Assembly (NCBI GenBank): GCA_964506795.1
Contig: CAZDMR010000002.1
Location: 77,809 to 141,808, forward strand
Direction: 5' to 3'
DNA from: an uncultured Acidobacteriota bacterium
Lineage (GTDB): Bacteria; Acidobacteriota; UBA6911
Length of the DNA stretch: 64,000 nucleotides
Shown: piece after piece, positions 23,022 to 32,725 of the stretch
Position numbering within the stretch: the first letter of the stretch is position 1
Layout: each line of letters opens with the position of its first letter
The notes under the pieces: generated by a model
The model's input: only the letters and a program-made list of their open reading frames with translations
Database searches by the model: none
What the model was told of the DNA's origin: nothing
Program-made: the position numbers and the translations under genes

Positions 23022-24233
23022 ATGTCCGGGCCGTTAACGGGAGTGCGTGTTGTAGAAATAACGATGTTTCAGCAGGGACCGGTGGCCGGAACGAGACTGG
23101 CCGATCTCGGCGCCGATGTGATTAAGGTCGAGCCTAAGGAGGGCGACCCGGCGCGCGGTTTTATGCGGCTGATCGGCGCCACCGTGGGGCTTAAAGGGAA
23201 TAATTATTATTTTGAAAGCAACAACCGCAACAAACGGAGCATCGCGCTGGATTTGAAATCGGAACAGGGAAAAGAGATTTTTTTGCGGCTGATCGATAAT
23301 GCGGATGTGTTTATAACCAATATGAGCATCGATGCGCCTATCAAGATCGGCATCGGTCCCGACGACCTGCTGAAGCGCAATCCGCGCCTCATTTACGGCC
23401 ATTCCTCGGGGTGGGGAAGAAAAGGTCCCAGCGCGGGAGACCTGTCGTTCGACTACACCGGGATCGCGCGTTCCGGGCTCATGATGTCTGCGGGCGAAAA
23501 GGATAGCCCGCCGGCCCAGATTCTGCCCGGCATCGGGGATGAAATCGGCGCCTACATGCTCGCCTGGGGAGTAACGGCCGCGCTGTACAGCCGCGAAAAA
23601 ACGGGCAAGGGCCAGGTGGTGGATACATCGCTTATGGGGAGCATCATCAACCTGCTCGGCCTGATCATTGACGCGCCCGCGATGCTGGGCCAGGAATACC
23701 CGAGGGAATACCGCAGCGAAGCGGGCAATCCCATGTACAACCATTACCGCTGCCGGGATGACAAGTGGCTCGTGGTAGCGCATCTTCAGCCGGCCCGATA
23801 CTGGCCGATTTTTTGCCGCGCCCTCGGGATAGAAGAGCTGGAGCATGATCCCAGGTTTGAAAGCATGGAAGCGCGGGGAAAGAACTGCAAAGAGCTTATT
23901 CAGATATTGGATGAAAGGTTCGCAACCAGGGACCGCGACGATTGGCTGGCTCATCTCAACAAAGAGGGCTGCATCTGCACTCCTATTCAATCGCTTACCG
24001 AAGTCGCCCGCGATCGGCAAGCCTATGCCAACAGCTACCTCATTGAGGTTGACCATCCCGTGTGGGGGCGCACCAAGGAGGTCGGTTTCCCATGGGATTT
24101 CAGCGAAACTCCGGCCTCTTGGAGGAGAGAGGCCCCAAAGCTCGGCCAGCACACCGGGGAAATTCTGAAGGAAGCCGGCTACACTCAGGAACAGATCGCC
24201 AAATTGAGAGAAACTGGAATCGTCGTCGGTTAA
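23022..24233 (+). CDS. family III CoA-transferase (CaiB/BaiF/Frc family)
   Basis: N-terminal GPLTGVRVVE...GP..G..LADLGADVIKVE signature and conserved active-site Asp region. Confidence 0.88.
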   Translation: MSGPLTGVRVVEITMFQQGPVAGTRLADLGADVIKVEPKEGDPARGFMRLIGATVGLKGNNYYFESNNRNKRSIALDLKSEQGKEIFLRLIDNADVFITNMSIDAPIKIGIGPDDLLKRNPRLIYGHSSGWGRKGPSAGDLSFDYTGIARSGLMMSAGEKDSPPAQILPGIGDEIGAYMLAWGVTAALYSREKTGKGQVVDTSLMGSIINLLGLIIDAPAMLGQEYPREYRSEAGNPMYNHYRCRDDKWLVVAHLQPARYWPIFCRALGIEELEHDPRFESMEARGKNCKELIQILDERFATRDRDDWLAHLNKEGCICTPIQSLTEVARDRQAYANSYLIEVDHPVWGRTKEVGFPWDFSETPASWRREAPKLGQHTGEILKEAGYTQEQIAKLRETGIVVG

Positions 24234-24272
24234 CCGGTACAGGGCGGATCCATCTCCTGAACAGGAGCGGTC

Positions 24273-25220
24273 ATGCAGCCTAAAACGATAGGCGTTATCG
24301 GCGTCGGCCCCGTAGGGGGAATTCTAAGCGCTCATCTGCACTCGAGCGGCCACAACGTCGTGCTTGTCGATGCCTGGAAGGAGCACGTCGATCATATCCG
24401 CACCCAAGGCCTGCGCATTACCGGCCGAGAGGACTTGCTTGTCAAACCGGCGCATCTTTTGACTTCCGTTGAGACGCTGAATGCCTTTAAGCCGGAATTC
24501 GTATTCATCTGTACGAAGGCGTGCGATCTGGACGCCTTGCTCCATCAAATGAGCGACGCGCTGAAGGGCTCCAAGGCGGTGTTCATTTCAGCTCAAAACG
24601 GCATTGATACCGAGAAGATCATAGCCGCGCATATAGAACCAGCGCGGGTGCTGCGCGCCGCGATCAGCTATGCCGGCGTCCTTGAAGGCCCGGGGGAAAT
24701 CCGAGAGACCTTCTTCAACCCTCCCAACTATATAGGCTGGCTTGCTGCGGGCGGCGAGGCCTCCTGCCGGCAAGCGGCCGCCGTGATGTCGGAGTGCGGG
24801 CTGACTACGGAGGCGACGGAAGAGATCCAGAGATTTGTATGGAGGAAAACAATTCTGAATACCTGCACCATGGCTGTCGCCGCCGTGACCGGCTTGAACA
24901 TGGAGGAAATGATGGATTTCGCGCCGACCGCTCAGCTGGTGGATCGGTTGCTCAAAGAATCCATCGCGGTCGCGGCCGCCTACGGGTTCGATTACGGTCC
25001 GCGATTCTTCGACTCGGTGATGGAATTTAACGCCCGCGCCGGCCCGCATCGGCCGTCGATGATGGTGGACATTGAGAAAGGGCGCAGAACGGAGAACTCG
25101 GTCTTGATCCGCCGGGTTGCCGAATATGGCGAAGCGAAGGGAGTCCCGGCGCCTGTGCACCGCACATTGGCGAATCTCATCGATGCATTGGAGATGCGCA
25201 ACCTCAGGCGGCGCCATTGA
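24273..25220 (+). CDS. ketopantoate reductase (PanE/ApbA) family NAD(P)-dependent 2-oxoacid reductase
   Basis: N-terminal Rossmann GVGPVGG, conserved KxxxN/ catalytic Lys region (CTKACDL), ApbA C-terminal domain. Confidence 0.8.
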   Translation: MQPKTIGVIGVGPVGGILSAHLHSSGHNVVLVDAWKEHVDHIRTQGLRITGREDLLVKPAHLLTSVETLNAFKPEFVFICTKACDLDALLHQMSDALKGSKAVFISAQNGIDTEKIIAAHIEPARVLRAAISYAGVLEGPGEIRETFFNPPNYIGWLAAGGEASCRQAAAVMSECGLTTEATEEIQRFVWRKTILNTCTMAVAAVTGLNMEEMMDFAPTAQLVDRLLKESIAVAAAYGFDYGPRFFDSVMEFNARAGPHRPSMMVDIEKGRRTENSVLIRRVAEYGEAKGVPAPVHRTLANLIDALEMRNLRRRH

Positions 25221-25349
25221 CAGTCGCCCCGGCAGAAGGCCTTTCGCAGGCAGGGCAGCCTGAACGCGGTAATTTCGTAATCGCGTAGACGGCCTCCCTC
25301 ACTCCTATGATATAGTGTCCCACTCGTTTTGTCCGTTTCAGAATCCCTG

Positions 25350-25619
25350 GAGCCTGTCCGAGAATTAGGATGTGCCGCGCGCATGGAGCTTGGGGACGAG
25401 ATCGAGGCGCGAGGAGGAGGCGATGCAGGGACATCGTTGACGACGAGCAAAGAAGAGATCGCTCCGCAACCCCCGTGCGCCCGAAGGGTTCCGGCGGCGC
25501 ATGGACTTCTGCTGCGTTGGCGCTCCTCGGCAATGTTGCTGCATTGCCGGCGTCGCGCCGCCTTGCATCTGCCCACGCGGCGCTCAGAACGCGGCATATT
25601 TTAATTCTCGGACAGGCTC
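25350..25619. repeat. ~270 bp element flanked by ~31 bp imperfect inverted repeats (MITE-like or structured leader) directly upstream of the acyl-CoA synthetase gene
   Basis: Seen in sequence: 25350-25380 gagcctgtccgagaattaggatgtgccgcgc is the reverse complement (with ~4 mismatches) of 25589-25619 acgcggcatattttaattctcggacaggctc; an internal 8-bp hairpin cggcaatg-ttgctg-cattgccg lies in the spacer. Confidence 0.45.
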
Positions 25620-25645
25620 TTAGATTTCATTAAAGGAGAACCTCG

Positions 25646-27721
25646 ATGCTTGATTCGCTCTTCTACCCCCGCGGCATCGCCGTGATGGGCGCTTCCAATA
25701 ATACTTTCAGCATAGGCAACCGTGTTGTCAACAACCTCCTCACATACGGCTATAAGGGCCGGATTTATCCGGTTCATCCGAAAGAGTCGGAAATCCTCGG
25801 CCTGAAGGCGTACCCGAGCATTCTGGACGTGCCGGATCCCGTGGATATAGGAATGATCGCGGTTAAAAGCACGCTGGTCCCGCAGATTGTCGAAGACTGC
25901 GGGAAAAGGGGCGTCAAGTTTGTCATTATTCATACCGCGGGATTCCGTGAAATGGGAGGGGAAGGCGCCAGGCTGGAAGATGCGCTGCTGCAGGCGGCGC
26001 GTCGATACGGAGTGCGCGTGTACGGCCCGAATTCGCAGGGCATCATGAATTCGGATCCGAAGGTTTCGGTCTATGCGAATTTCACTTTCACGCCGATGCG
26101 GCCGGGTAAAGTCTCCATCCTCGCGCAAAGCGGCGGAGTGGCGGAACTGCTCAATCTGAACCTCCGGAATATGGGCTCCGGTTTCCGCATCTATGCTTCT
26201 CACGGCAATGCTTCCGATGTGAACACGAACGAACTGCTGGAATTTCTCGGCCAGGATCCCGAGACGCGGACCATCATAATGCACATCGAGAGCATGAAGG
26301 ATACCGCGGGGTTCATAGAACGCTGCCGCAGCATTGCGAAAGAGAAGTCGATATTGGCAATCCGCACGGGACGCACGAAGGCTGCGGCCAAGGCGGTGAG
26401 TTCCCATACCGGATCCATGATGCAGGAGGATTCTCTTACGGATACGATATTCGAACACGCGGGAGTCCTGCGGTTCGACACAACGGAAGAAATGATCGCC
26501 GCCGCCTATGCATTTTCCAGTCAGCCGGTGCCGGCGGGTCCGAATGTCGCCATCGTGGCAAACGCGGGGGGTCCCGGAATCATGGCCATCGACGAATGCG
26601 TGGGAAACGGACTGTCGCTTGCCGTTCTGTCGGAGGAAACGAAAAGGAAGCTGCGCGAGGGATTGATTCCGGAAGCCTATGTTGAGAATCCCGTGGATGT
26701 CGGCGCGACGGCCAAGGCCGAGCATTTTGCCCTCACGCTTCGCGGTCTGGAGGAAGACCGGGGGGTCGATGCGATACTCGTCACGATGGTCACGCCGCCC
26801 TTCGTGGACTGCGAGGAAGTGGCGCGAAGCATAGCGGAAACTGCGCGCAAGGCGACCAAGCCCATAGTGACCGTGGTCATGACCAACGAAAACTGGGCAG
26901 GCACGGTCGAAACCATCCGCAACGCGGGAATCCCGATTTTCAGTTTCCCGGAGGCGGGCTCTCGCGTGGTGGCGGCCATGGTGCGTTACAATGAAATCCG
27001 AAAAAGGCTGGCGGAACGCCCGGCTGCGGCTTCGGGGAATAAGGCCAAAGCGCGGGAGATATTGAGCCGTGCTCCGCAGGGATTTATTTCGCAGACGGAC
27101 GCCTTCGGCGTGCTGGGGGCATATGGAATTCCCGCGGTGGAAACTGCGCCGATGGCCGGGAATGAGGCGCCGCGCCATCTAAAATACCCGGCGGTTTTGA
27201 AGGTGGACAGCCCCGAAGTCGTTCACAAGAGCGAAGCCGGCGGCGTCGCCCTGAACATCGGCGGAGAAGAGGAGCTCCGGAAAGCTTACACCCGAATGTC
27301 GGGGAAATTCCCCGGGGCGAATTTTGTCGTGCAGGAGCAGTGCGAGCAAGGGACTGAAATTATCGTCGGCCTCAAACGCGAGCCGGGCGTCGGGCCGGTT
27401 GTCATGTTCGGGATCGGCGGCATCCATGTGGAGGTCCTCAAGGACGTTTCATTCCGCCTGGCTCCGCTCTCGGAAGCCGGCGCCGCGCGCATGGTCCAGG
27501 AGATTCGTTCGCTGCCGCTGCTCACGGGGTCGCGGGGAATGCCGGCTGCCGATCTGGCCGCGATCGAACGGCTCCTTATCTCGGTGTCTCAAATGGCGAT
27601 GGACCTGCCGGAGATCGAAGAGATGGACATGAACCCTGTGATGGCGTATCCGGAAGGGCGGGGGGTGAAAGTGGCCGATGTCCGAATGAAGAAGACAGCG
27701 CCGGCCTCCGGGGCCGCATGA
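25646..27721 (+). CDS. acyl-CoA synthetase (NDP/ADP-forming), fused alpha-beta (acetate--CoA ligase ACD family)
   Basis: N-terminal CoA-binding Rossmann domain (GIAVMGAS), catalytic His region (SHTGSM), C-terminal ATP-grasp beta domain; 691 aa. Confidence 0.85.
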   Translation: MLDSLFYPRGIAVMGASNNTFSIGNRVVNNLLTYGYKGRIYPVHPKESEILGLKAYPSILDVPDPVDIGMIAVKSTLVPQIVEDCGKRGVKFVIIHTAGFREMGGEGARLEDALLQAARRYGVRVYGPNSQGIMNSDPKVSVYANFTFTPMRPGKVSILAQSGGVAELLNLNLRNMGSGFRIYASHGNASDVNTNELLEFLGQDPETRTIIMHIESMKDTAGFIERCRSIAKEKSILAIRTGRTKAAAKAVSSHTGSMMQEDSLTDTIFEHAGVLRFDTTEEMIAAAYAFSSQPVPAGPNVAIVANAGGPGIMAIDECVGNGLSLAVLSEETKRKLREGLIPEAYVENPVDVGATAKAEHFALTLRGLEEDRGVDAILVTMVTPPFVDCEEVARSIAETARKATKPIVTVVMTNENWAGTVETIRNAGIPIFSFPEAGSRVVAAMVRYNEIRKRLAERPAAASGNKAKAREILSRAPQGFISQTDAFGVLGAYGIPAVETAPMAGNEAPRHLKYPAVLKVDSPEVVHKSEAGGVALNIGGEEELRKAYTRMSGKFPGANFVVQEQCEQGTEIIVGLKREPGVGPVVMFGIGGIHVEVLKDVSFRLAPLSEAGAARMVQEIRSLPLLTGSRGMPAADLAAIERLLISVSQMAMDLPEIEEMDMNPVMAYPEGRGVKVADVRMKKTAPASGAA

Positions 27722-27875
27722 AAATTGCGCGTGCGGCGGCGCCTGTGGCCGCCGCGCGGAAACTCAAACGAATGGCCGCGCATGTTTTTCTCAACCCCAG
27801 CGGCTTTACCGGGATGGGTAATGCGCCCGGGGCCCGGAGAGCTTTTTAAAGCCGCGGTTGAATCCTCAGGATAGG

Positions 27876-29387
27876 CTAGCGGCCGATCACGACGCGGCGT
27901 CCGTCGAAAACGGGGCGCACGGTCTTTTTCTTCTTGATATATTCGGTTAATACATCCAACCGCAATTTGCCTGTGTCCTTGTAGGCGACGCCTTTCAGCG
28001 CCGTTCGCGCCAGATAGGAGTTGGCGGAGCCGGTATACATGCGGTCTTCGTCGAGCCGCTTGCCGCCGACGGTTGCGTCGGCCAGGATTCCGTTTTCTAT
28101 GCGGTAGCGAATTCCCGATACGGCCGGGCGCTCCTGCAGCAAAATCCGCTTGAGGCGGCTTCCTCGGATCTTAAATGTGACGACGGTGTTGTCGAACGGC
28201 ACCATGGCGACCAGGTCCTCCCGGGTGATTGGGCCTTTTGCCAGAGGCGCCCGCACGCCGCCCATATTTTCGAGTTCAATTTCCGTATTAAAGGCTTCGC
28301 GAATGGCGTCCGACACCAGATTATAGGGAGCAAGATCATCCCCGCGGTCGACAAAATCGTCGTCGGCGCGGCCGACAATTTCGCCGTAGCGGGCGGCAAT
28401 GGGTTTCCAGTAGCGGTCGACGACGGCAGCAACCGTTTTGTCTTCCGGGATATCCGATGTCACGGGAACAAGCGACGCCCGGTAGCGCTGGACATGCCAG
28501 TCGCCGCGAGCATCCCGGCCGAACAGCAGGTCCAACCGCCCCAGCTCGCCTCCCCATTGATGCGCCTGGACCAGAATGGTTCCGTTGACCTTGTCCGCAA
28601 AAAGCTCGTTCGAATGCCATATGAGCTCTCCAAACGGAAGCCGCGAGTGGGAATGCCCGCCGATGATGACGTCGATTTCGGGAACCGAGGAGGCGATTTT
28701 AACGTCCACCGCATAGCCCGAGTGGGAGATTGCCATGATAATATCGGCTTCGGATCGAAGCGCTTCCACCATGCGCCGGGAAGCTGCGATCTCGCCCTCT
28801 ATCGCAATTCCCTCTTTGGCGGCCGGGTATCGGGAAGCGCTCTGCGTCACAATGCCGAAAATCCCGATTTTAAGCGGGCCGAGCCGGCGTATCTCCGAAC
28901 CGCGGGTTAAAAGCCGGCCGGTGGATTTGTCCACGGCATTGGCGCACAGGATGGGGAATTCAAACTTTCCGAGGAGGCTCCTGAGTTGAGCAAGAGGCAG
29001 ATTGAATTCGTGGTTTCCAAGGATGCCGTAAGTATAGCCGGCGGCGTTCATGGCGGCGGCGTCCGCTTCGCCGTGGTACTCGGTTGTAAAAGGGGTGCCG
29101 TCGATAAAGTCGCCCGCGTCCACAAGCCAGACCGCCGCGCCCTTGCGGTTGAGCTCCCGGCGCAGGCGCCGGACGAGCGTGGCACGCCGGGCGACGCCGC
29201 CGATGTCCGTCCGGTCCTTAGGCAATGCGATGTCGGATCCCGCGGATGGATAGCTGAAAGGGAGCAGATGGCTGTGGGTATCGTTGGTATGCAGGATGGT
29301 GAGCAAAGCCTGCTCGGCCGGCAGCGGAAGGGGGAGCGTCAAAAAGAGCAAGGAGAATAGGAAGAAGCATGCGGCCGATTTTTTCAT
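27876..29387 (-). CDS. secreted bifunctional metallophosphatase / 5'-nucleotidase (UshA family)
   Basis: Signal peptide; calcineurin-like motifs ILHTNDTHS, DAGD, GNHEF, GGHSH; C-terminal 5'-nucleotidase domain. Confidence 0.82.
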   Translation of the reverse strand: MKKSAACFFLFSLLFLTLPLPLPAEQALLTILHTNDTHSHLLPFSYPSAGSDIALPKDRTDIGGVARRATLVRRLRRELNRKGAAVWLVDAGDFIDGTPFTTEYHGEADAAAMNAAGYTYGILGNHEFNLPLAQLRSLLGKFEFPILCANAVDKSTGRLLTRGSEIRRLGPLKIGIFGIVTQSASRYPAAKEGIAIEGEIAASRRMVEALRSEADIIMAISHSGYAVDVKIASSVPEIDVIIGGHSHSRLPFGELIWHSNELFADKVNGTILVQAHQWGGELGRLDLLFGRDARGDWHVQRYRASLVPVTSDIPEDKTVAAVVDRYWKPIAARYGEIVGRADDDFVDRGDDLAPYNLVSDAIREAFNTEIELENMGGVRAPLAKGPITREDLVAMVPFDNTVVTFKIRGSRLKRILLQERPAVSGIRYRIENGILADATVGGKRLDEDRMYTGSANSYLARTALKGVAYKDTGKLRLDVLTEYIKKKKTVRPVFDGRRVVIGR

Positions 29388-29452
29388 GGAGCGCTCCGTT
29401 CGTATCCGCCGGCGGGCGCCGGCGAGTAGAATTTGAAATATCGAAGTTCAGG

Positions 29453-30361
29453 TCAATAAATCTCGTCTTCCTCGGCGCGGGTGTAGAAGAGGTTGTAAAA
29501 CTCGCTCCGGTCGGTCTCGCCGGAAGCGTTCTGCAGCTGCTTTTCGGCGGCCGCGCGGTCCGCAATAGCGCGCTGCTCCAGCAGTTTTAAGCGTTCGGGA
29601 ATATTGACCTCCTCGAGGAGACGCTTGACGGTTTGAAACACGCGAGCGCTCCCGTACAGACGGCGCCCTTCATGCAGGATTTTGCAGGCGACCATGGAGG
29701 AAAAAACATCGAATTTGAGCTGTTCCCGAACGCGGGAAAAGGATTTGATGAGATAGTCAATTTCTTCCCGGTCGTTGACCAATAGCAGATGTTTTCTCTT
29801 ATGGATGGCTTTGTCCAGGGAATCAATGATTTCCGGAGCGACGTCGTCCTCGGCGACAATGATGATATCGAGATCGGAGCCGTGGACCATTTCTCCGGTG
29901 CTTTTCTCCGGGCGCGGCACGCTGTGCGACATATCGTAAACAACGTCGCCGCCGATGATGAAGCAGGCTTTTTCGAGAAGGATGTCCCTGCCTTTTAAAT
30001 GAGCCAGGGCCGAGATAACGCTGTTTTCGGCGATTTTATATTTGGCGAGGCTGATACTGCGGATCTCCCTTTCCAGAGCGTCGGCCCTGAGCGCGAGTTC
30101 TTCGAGCTGGCTGTCCAGTCCCACATAAGTAAAAGTGAGGAATTCCCGTCGGATGGAAGGAGAGAGCCGGGCATAGCCCTGGACATTGCGGTCGAGGCGG
30201 AGAAAGCGCCGGCCCGCGGTCTTGAACTGAATGGAAAACGCATTCCGGCATGTCTGCCATAATGCGAGCACTTCCATGGAGGTCTGCTCCATCAGCTGAG
30301 CGCCGGTTAGGGGGCCGGTCTGCGAAAGAATCGAAAGGATTTCGTTTTCCGTCATAGCCAT
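29453..30361 (-). CDS. hypothetical protein with N-terminal winged-helix-like region and a central putative pol-beta-type nucleotidyltransferase motif
   Basis: Residues IIGGDVV...HGSDLDIIIVAED resemble GlnD/GlnE-like NTase GG...SDxD; the rest has no recognisable family; the call is weak. Confidence 0.4.
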   Translation of the reverse strand: MAMTENEILSILSQTGPLTGAQLMEQTSMEVLALWQTCRNAFSIQFKTAGRRFLRLDRNVQGYARLSPSIRREFLTFTYVGLDSQLEELALRADALEREIRSISLAKYKIAENSVISALAHLKGRDILLEKACFIIGGDVVYDMSHSVPRPEKSTGEMVHGSDLDIIIVAEDDVAPEIIDSLDKAIHKRKHLLLVNDREEIDYLIKSFSRVREQLKFDVFSSMVACKILHEGRRLYGSARVFQTVKRLLEEVNIPERLKLLEQRAIADRAAAEKQLQNASGETDRSEFYNLFYTRAEEDEIY

Positions 30362-30539
30362 TTATTTAACCATGGATGAGGCAGATATCAAACACCGCCT
30401 TAACCCGGATACCTCAAGAACCTTCTGCCGCGGCGATATTAATGAAGAACCGCTTCCATGCCGGCGGCGCTGCGGGCGTTTATGCACAACGCAAACCGCC
30501 TTGTGTAAATTTACGGGAATCCGTGATTTAATATGCCCG

Positions 30540-32348
30540 ATGGATTCCCAAATTATCATCGTTCTTGTCCTATTGGGGGCGGCGATTGTTCTGTTCATTA
30601 CGGACAGGATTGGACCCGATGTTGTTGCGCTGCTGACGGTTCTGGCGCTGCTTTTCAGCGGTATTCTGAAGATAACCGACGCGCTGGCGGGTTTTGCCAA
30701 TCCCGCCGTCATTACCATCGCGGCTATTTTCTTGATCACGGCGGGTTTGACCAATACAGGCATAGCGGCCAGGATCGGGGGATTTCTTTTCCGCATTGCC
30801 GGGCAAAGCGAAGCTCGTTTGGTGGGGACGACCATGGCCGCGTCCGCAATGCTCTCGCTGGTCATGAATAATATTGCCGCCGCATCGGTACTGCTTCCCG
30901 GCCTCAAAAGCATGGCCAGGCGGACCGAAATCCGCTCATCCAAATTGATGATTCCCCTTTCCTTTGGAACGCTCCTCGGCGGCATGGCGACGGTGTTTAC
31001 GACGAACAATCTGCTGGCCAACGACGCATTGCGACAGGCGGGGCTGGCTCCCTTCGGCCTCTGGGATTTTTTCCGCATCGGAAGCATTCTAAGCGTCGCG
31101 GGAATCCTGTTTATGGTGGCGCTGGGAAGGAAGATCCTGCCGAATTATCCCGTCAAGGAAACTCTGCAGGCATGGCGGAATCCCGAAGAGCTTGCGAAGG
31201 CCTATCGATTGCCCGACTTGGTGTTCAAGGCGCGCATTGAGGCGGCATCGCCGCTGGACGGAAAGACGATCGCGGACAGCCAGCTGGGACATTTCTTCAA
31301 TATCAACATCATCGGCTTGCTTCGGGGATCCAGGGTAATACTGGCGCCGCAGGCTTGCGAGACGCTGCATGCGGGAGACAGGCTGGTCATTAAAGGGGAC
31401 CGCAAAAGCCTTCAGGCGGCGCGGGAAAAGCTTGGCATAAAATTCGAGGCGGCGGATGCGGGCTTGAACGTGGAACTGGCGGATATCCGCGTCGGCGCGG
31501 TCGAAGTGTTGATCTCTCCGCGCGCGAGCGTTGTCGGGCGGTCGTTGCGGGAGATTAATTTCCGCCAGAAGTTCGGCGTCGCGGTGCTCGCGATAATGCG
31601 CGAAGGCGAACCTATCCTCCGCGGCGTTAAGAACACGCCGTTGCGCTTCGGAGACACCCTCCTTGTGCATGGTCCGCGCTCCCGCATCAGGCTTTTAAAC
31701 AGGGAGCGCGATTTCATTGTATTGGAAGAACCCGGCTATCTGGGCGAAATAGGAGTTCCGGAAAAGGCTCCCTGGGCTTTGCTGGGCATGGGAATCATGC
31801 TGCTTACGGCCGGAATGGGCGTGCTGCACATTGCCGCGGCTGCGTTGCTGGGCGCATTGGTGATGATTTTGTCGGGCGCCCTCAAAATAGAGGATGGTTA
31901 CCAAGCCATTGAATGGAAAGCGGTGGTCATGGTCGGCGGAATGCTTTCGCTTGGAGCGGCCTTGGGCACAACGGGAGCGGCGGACTTGATTTCTCGAAGT
32001 TTTTTGCATTTATTGCAGCCCTTCGGGCCTATGGGCGTGCTGGCGGGTTTCTTTTTAGTGTCCATGCTGTTCTCTCAGATTTTATCGGGCGCCGCGACCA
32101 CGGTTCTGATGGCGCCTATTGTTTTGAGCACCGCAGCCCAGCTTCATGTAAGCGCGTATCCGCTTGTCATGATTCTTGTTTTGGGAACCTCCTGCGCGTT
32201 CCTGACACCTGTCGGCCATCCGGTGAATGTGTTTGTAATGGGGCCGGGCGGATATAAATTCGGCGATTATTCAAAGATCGGATTGTGTCTGACCGCTATT
32301 GTCTTTGCTTTGGCCATGGGGTTGGCGCCGCTTTTTTGGCCTTTCTAA
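30540..32348 (+). CDS. SLC13/DASS-type anion permease with two central TrkA-C (RCK_C) domains
   Basis: Multiple TM segments at both ends, two RCK_C-like repeats (…DGKTIADSQLG…, …VVGRSLREINF…) in the middle; start at the ATG at 30540 (MDSQIIIV) rather than the upstream ORF-track extension. Confidence 0.75.
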   Translation: MDSQIIIVLVLLGAAIVLFITDRIGPDVVALLTVLALLFSGILKITDALAGFANPAVITIAAIFLITAGLTNTGIAARIGGFLFRIAGQSEARLVGTTMAASAMLSLVMNNIAAASVLLPGLKSMARRTEIRSSKLMIPLSFGTLLGGMATVFTTNNLLANDALRQAGLAPFGLWDFFRIGSILSVAGILFMVALGRKILPNYPVKETLQAWRNPEELAKAYRLPDLVFKARIEAASPLDGKTIADSQLGHFFNINIIGLLRGSRVILAPQACETLHAGDRLVIKGDRKSLQAAREKLGIKFEAADAGLNVELADIRVGAVEVLISPRASVVGRSLREINFRQKFGVAVLAIMREGEPILRGVKNTPLRFGDTLLVHGPRSRIRLLNRERDFIVLEEPGYLGEIGVPEKAPWALLGMGIMLLTAGMGVLHIAAAALLGALVMILSGALKIEDGYQAIEWKAVVMVGGMLSLGAALGTTGAADLISRSFLHLLQPFGPMGVLAGFFLVSMLFSQILSGAATTVLMAPIVLSTAAQLHVSAYPLVMILVLGTSCAFLTPVGHPVNVFVMGPGGYKFGDYSKIGLCLTAIVFALAMGLAPLFWPF

Positions 32349-32387
32349 AAAGGGCCTGCGGCGCCTCCTGACTCTCTGACGGACTGC

Positions 32388-32669
32388 TTAGATAGCATCC
32401 GCTTCGACGTATTTTGCAAGAATGTCCGAATCGGGAACGATCAGGTAATCTTTGCCGTCTTGCCTGATATCCGTACCGCCGTACTTTTTATAAATTACGC
32501 GATCGCCGACGGCGATTTCATCGGTTGCGTCCGCGGCCAGCGCCGCCACGATCCCCTCGCTGGGTTTTTCCTTTGCCGAATCGGGAATGATCAGGCCGCC
32601 TGCCGTTTTTTCTTCGGCTTCTGAAGGCTCGATCAACACCTTGCCGGATAGTGGTTGTATCTTCTTCAT
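32388..32669 (-). CDS. co-chaperonin GroES-like (Cpn10), orphan copy without adjacent groEL
   Basis: 93 aa; mobile-loop motif EEKTAGGLIIPDSAKEKP and GDRVIYKKYGGT core typical of GroES. Confidence 0.7.
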   Translation of the reverse strand: MKKIQPLSGKVLIEPSEAEEKTAGGLIIPDSAKEKPSEGIVAALAADATDEIAVGDRVIYKKYGGTDIRQDGKDYLIVPDSDILAKYVEADAI

Positions 32670-32725
32670 GAATCATCTCCTTGCAAAAATTGAAGGAATG
32701 AAATTCTTCCCTTCGTTGTTCGCGT

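Noticed and set aside
27722-27760. GC-rich hairpin (gcggcggc-N7-gccgccgc) after the acyl-CoA synthetase gene as an intrinsic terminator
   Set aside because: No downstream U-tract; could equally be chance in a high-GC genome, so it is not reported as a feature.
32388-32669. GroES-like gene as a truncated pseudogene
   Set aside because: Full-length mobile loop and core motifs are intact and the ORF is complete (93 aa), so it is treated as an intact orphan paralog.
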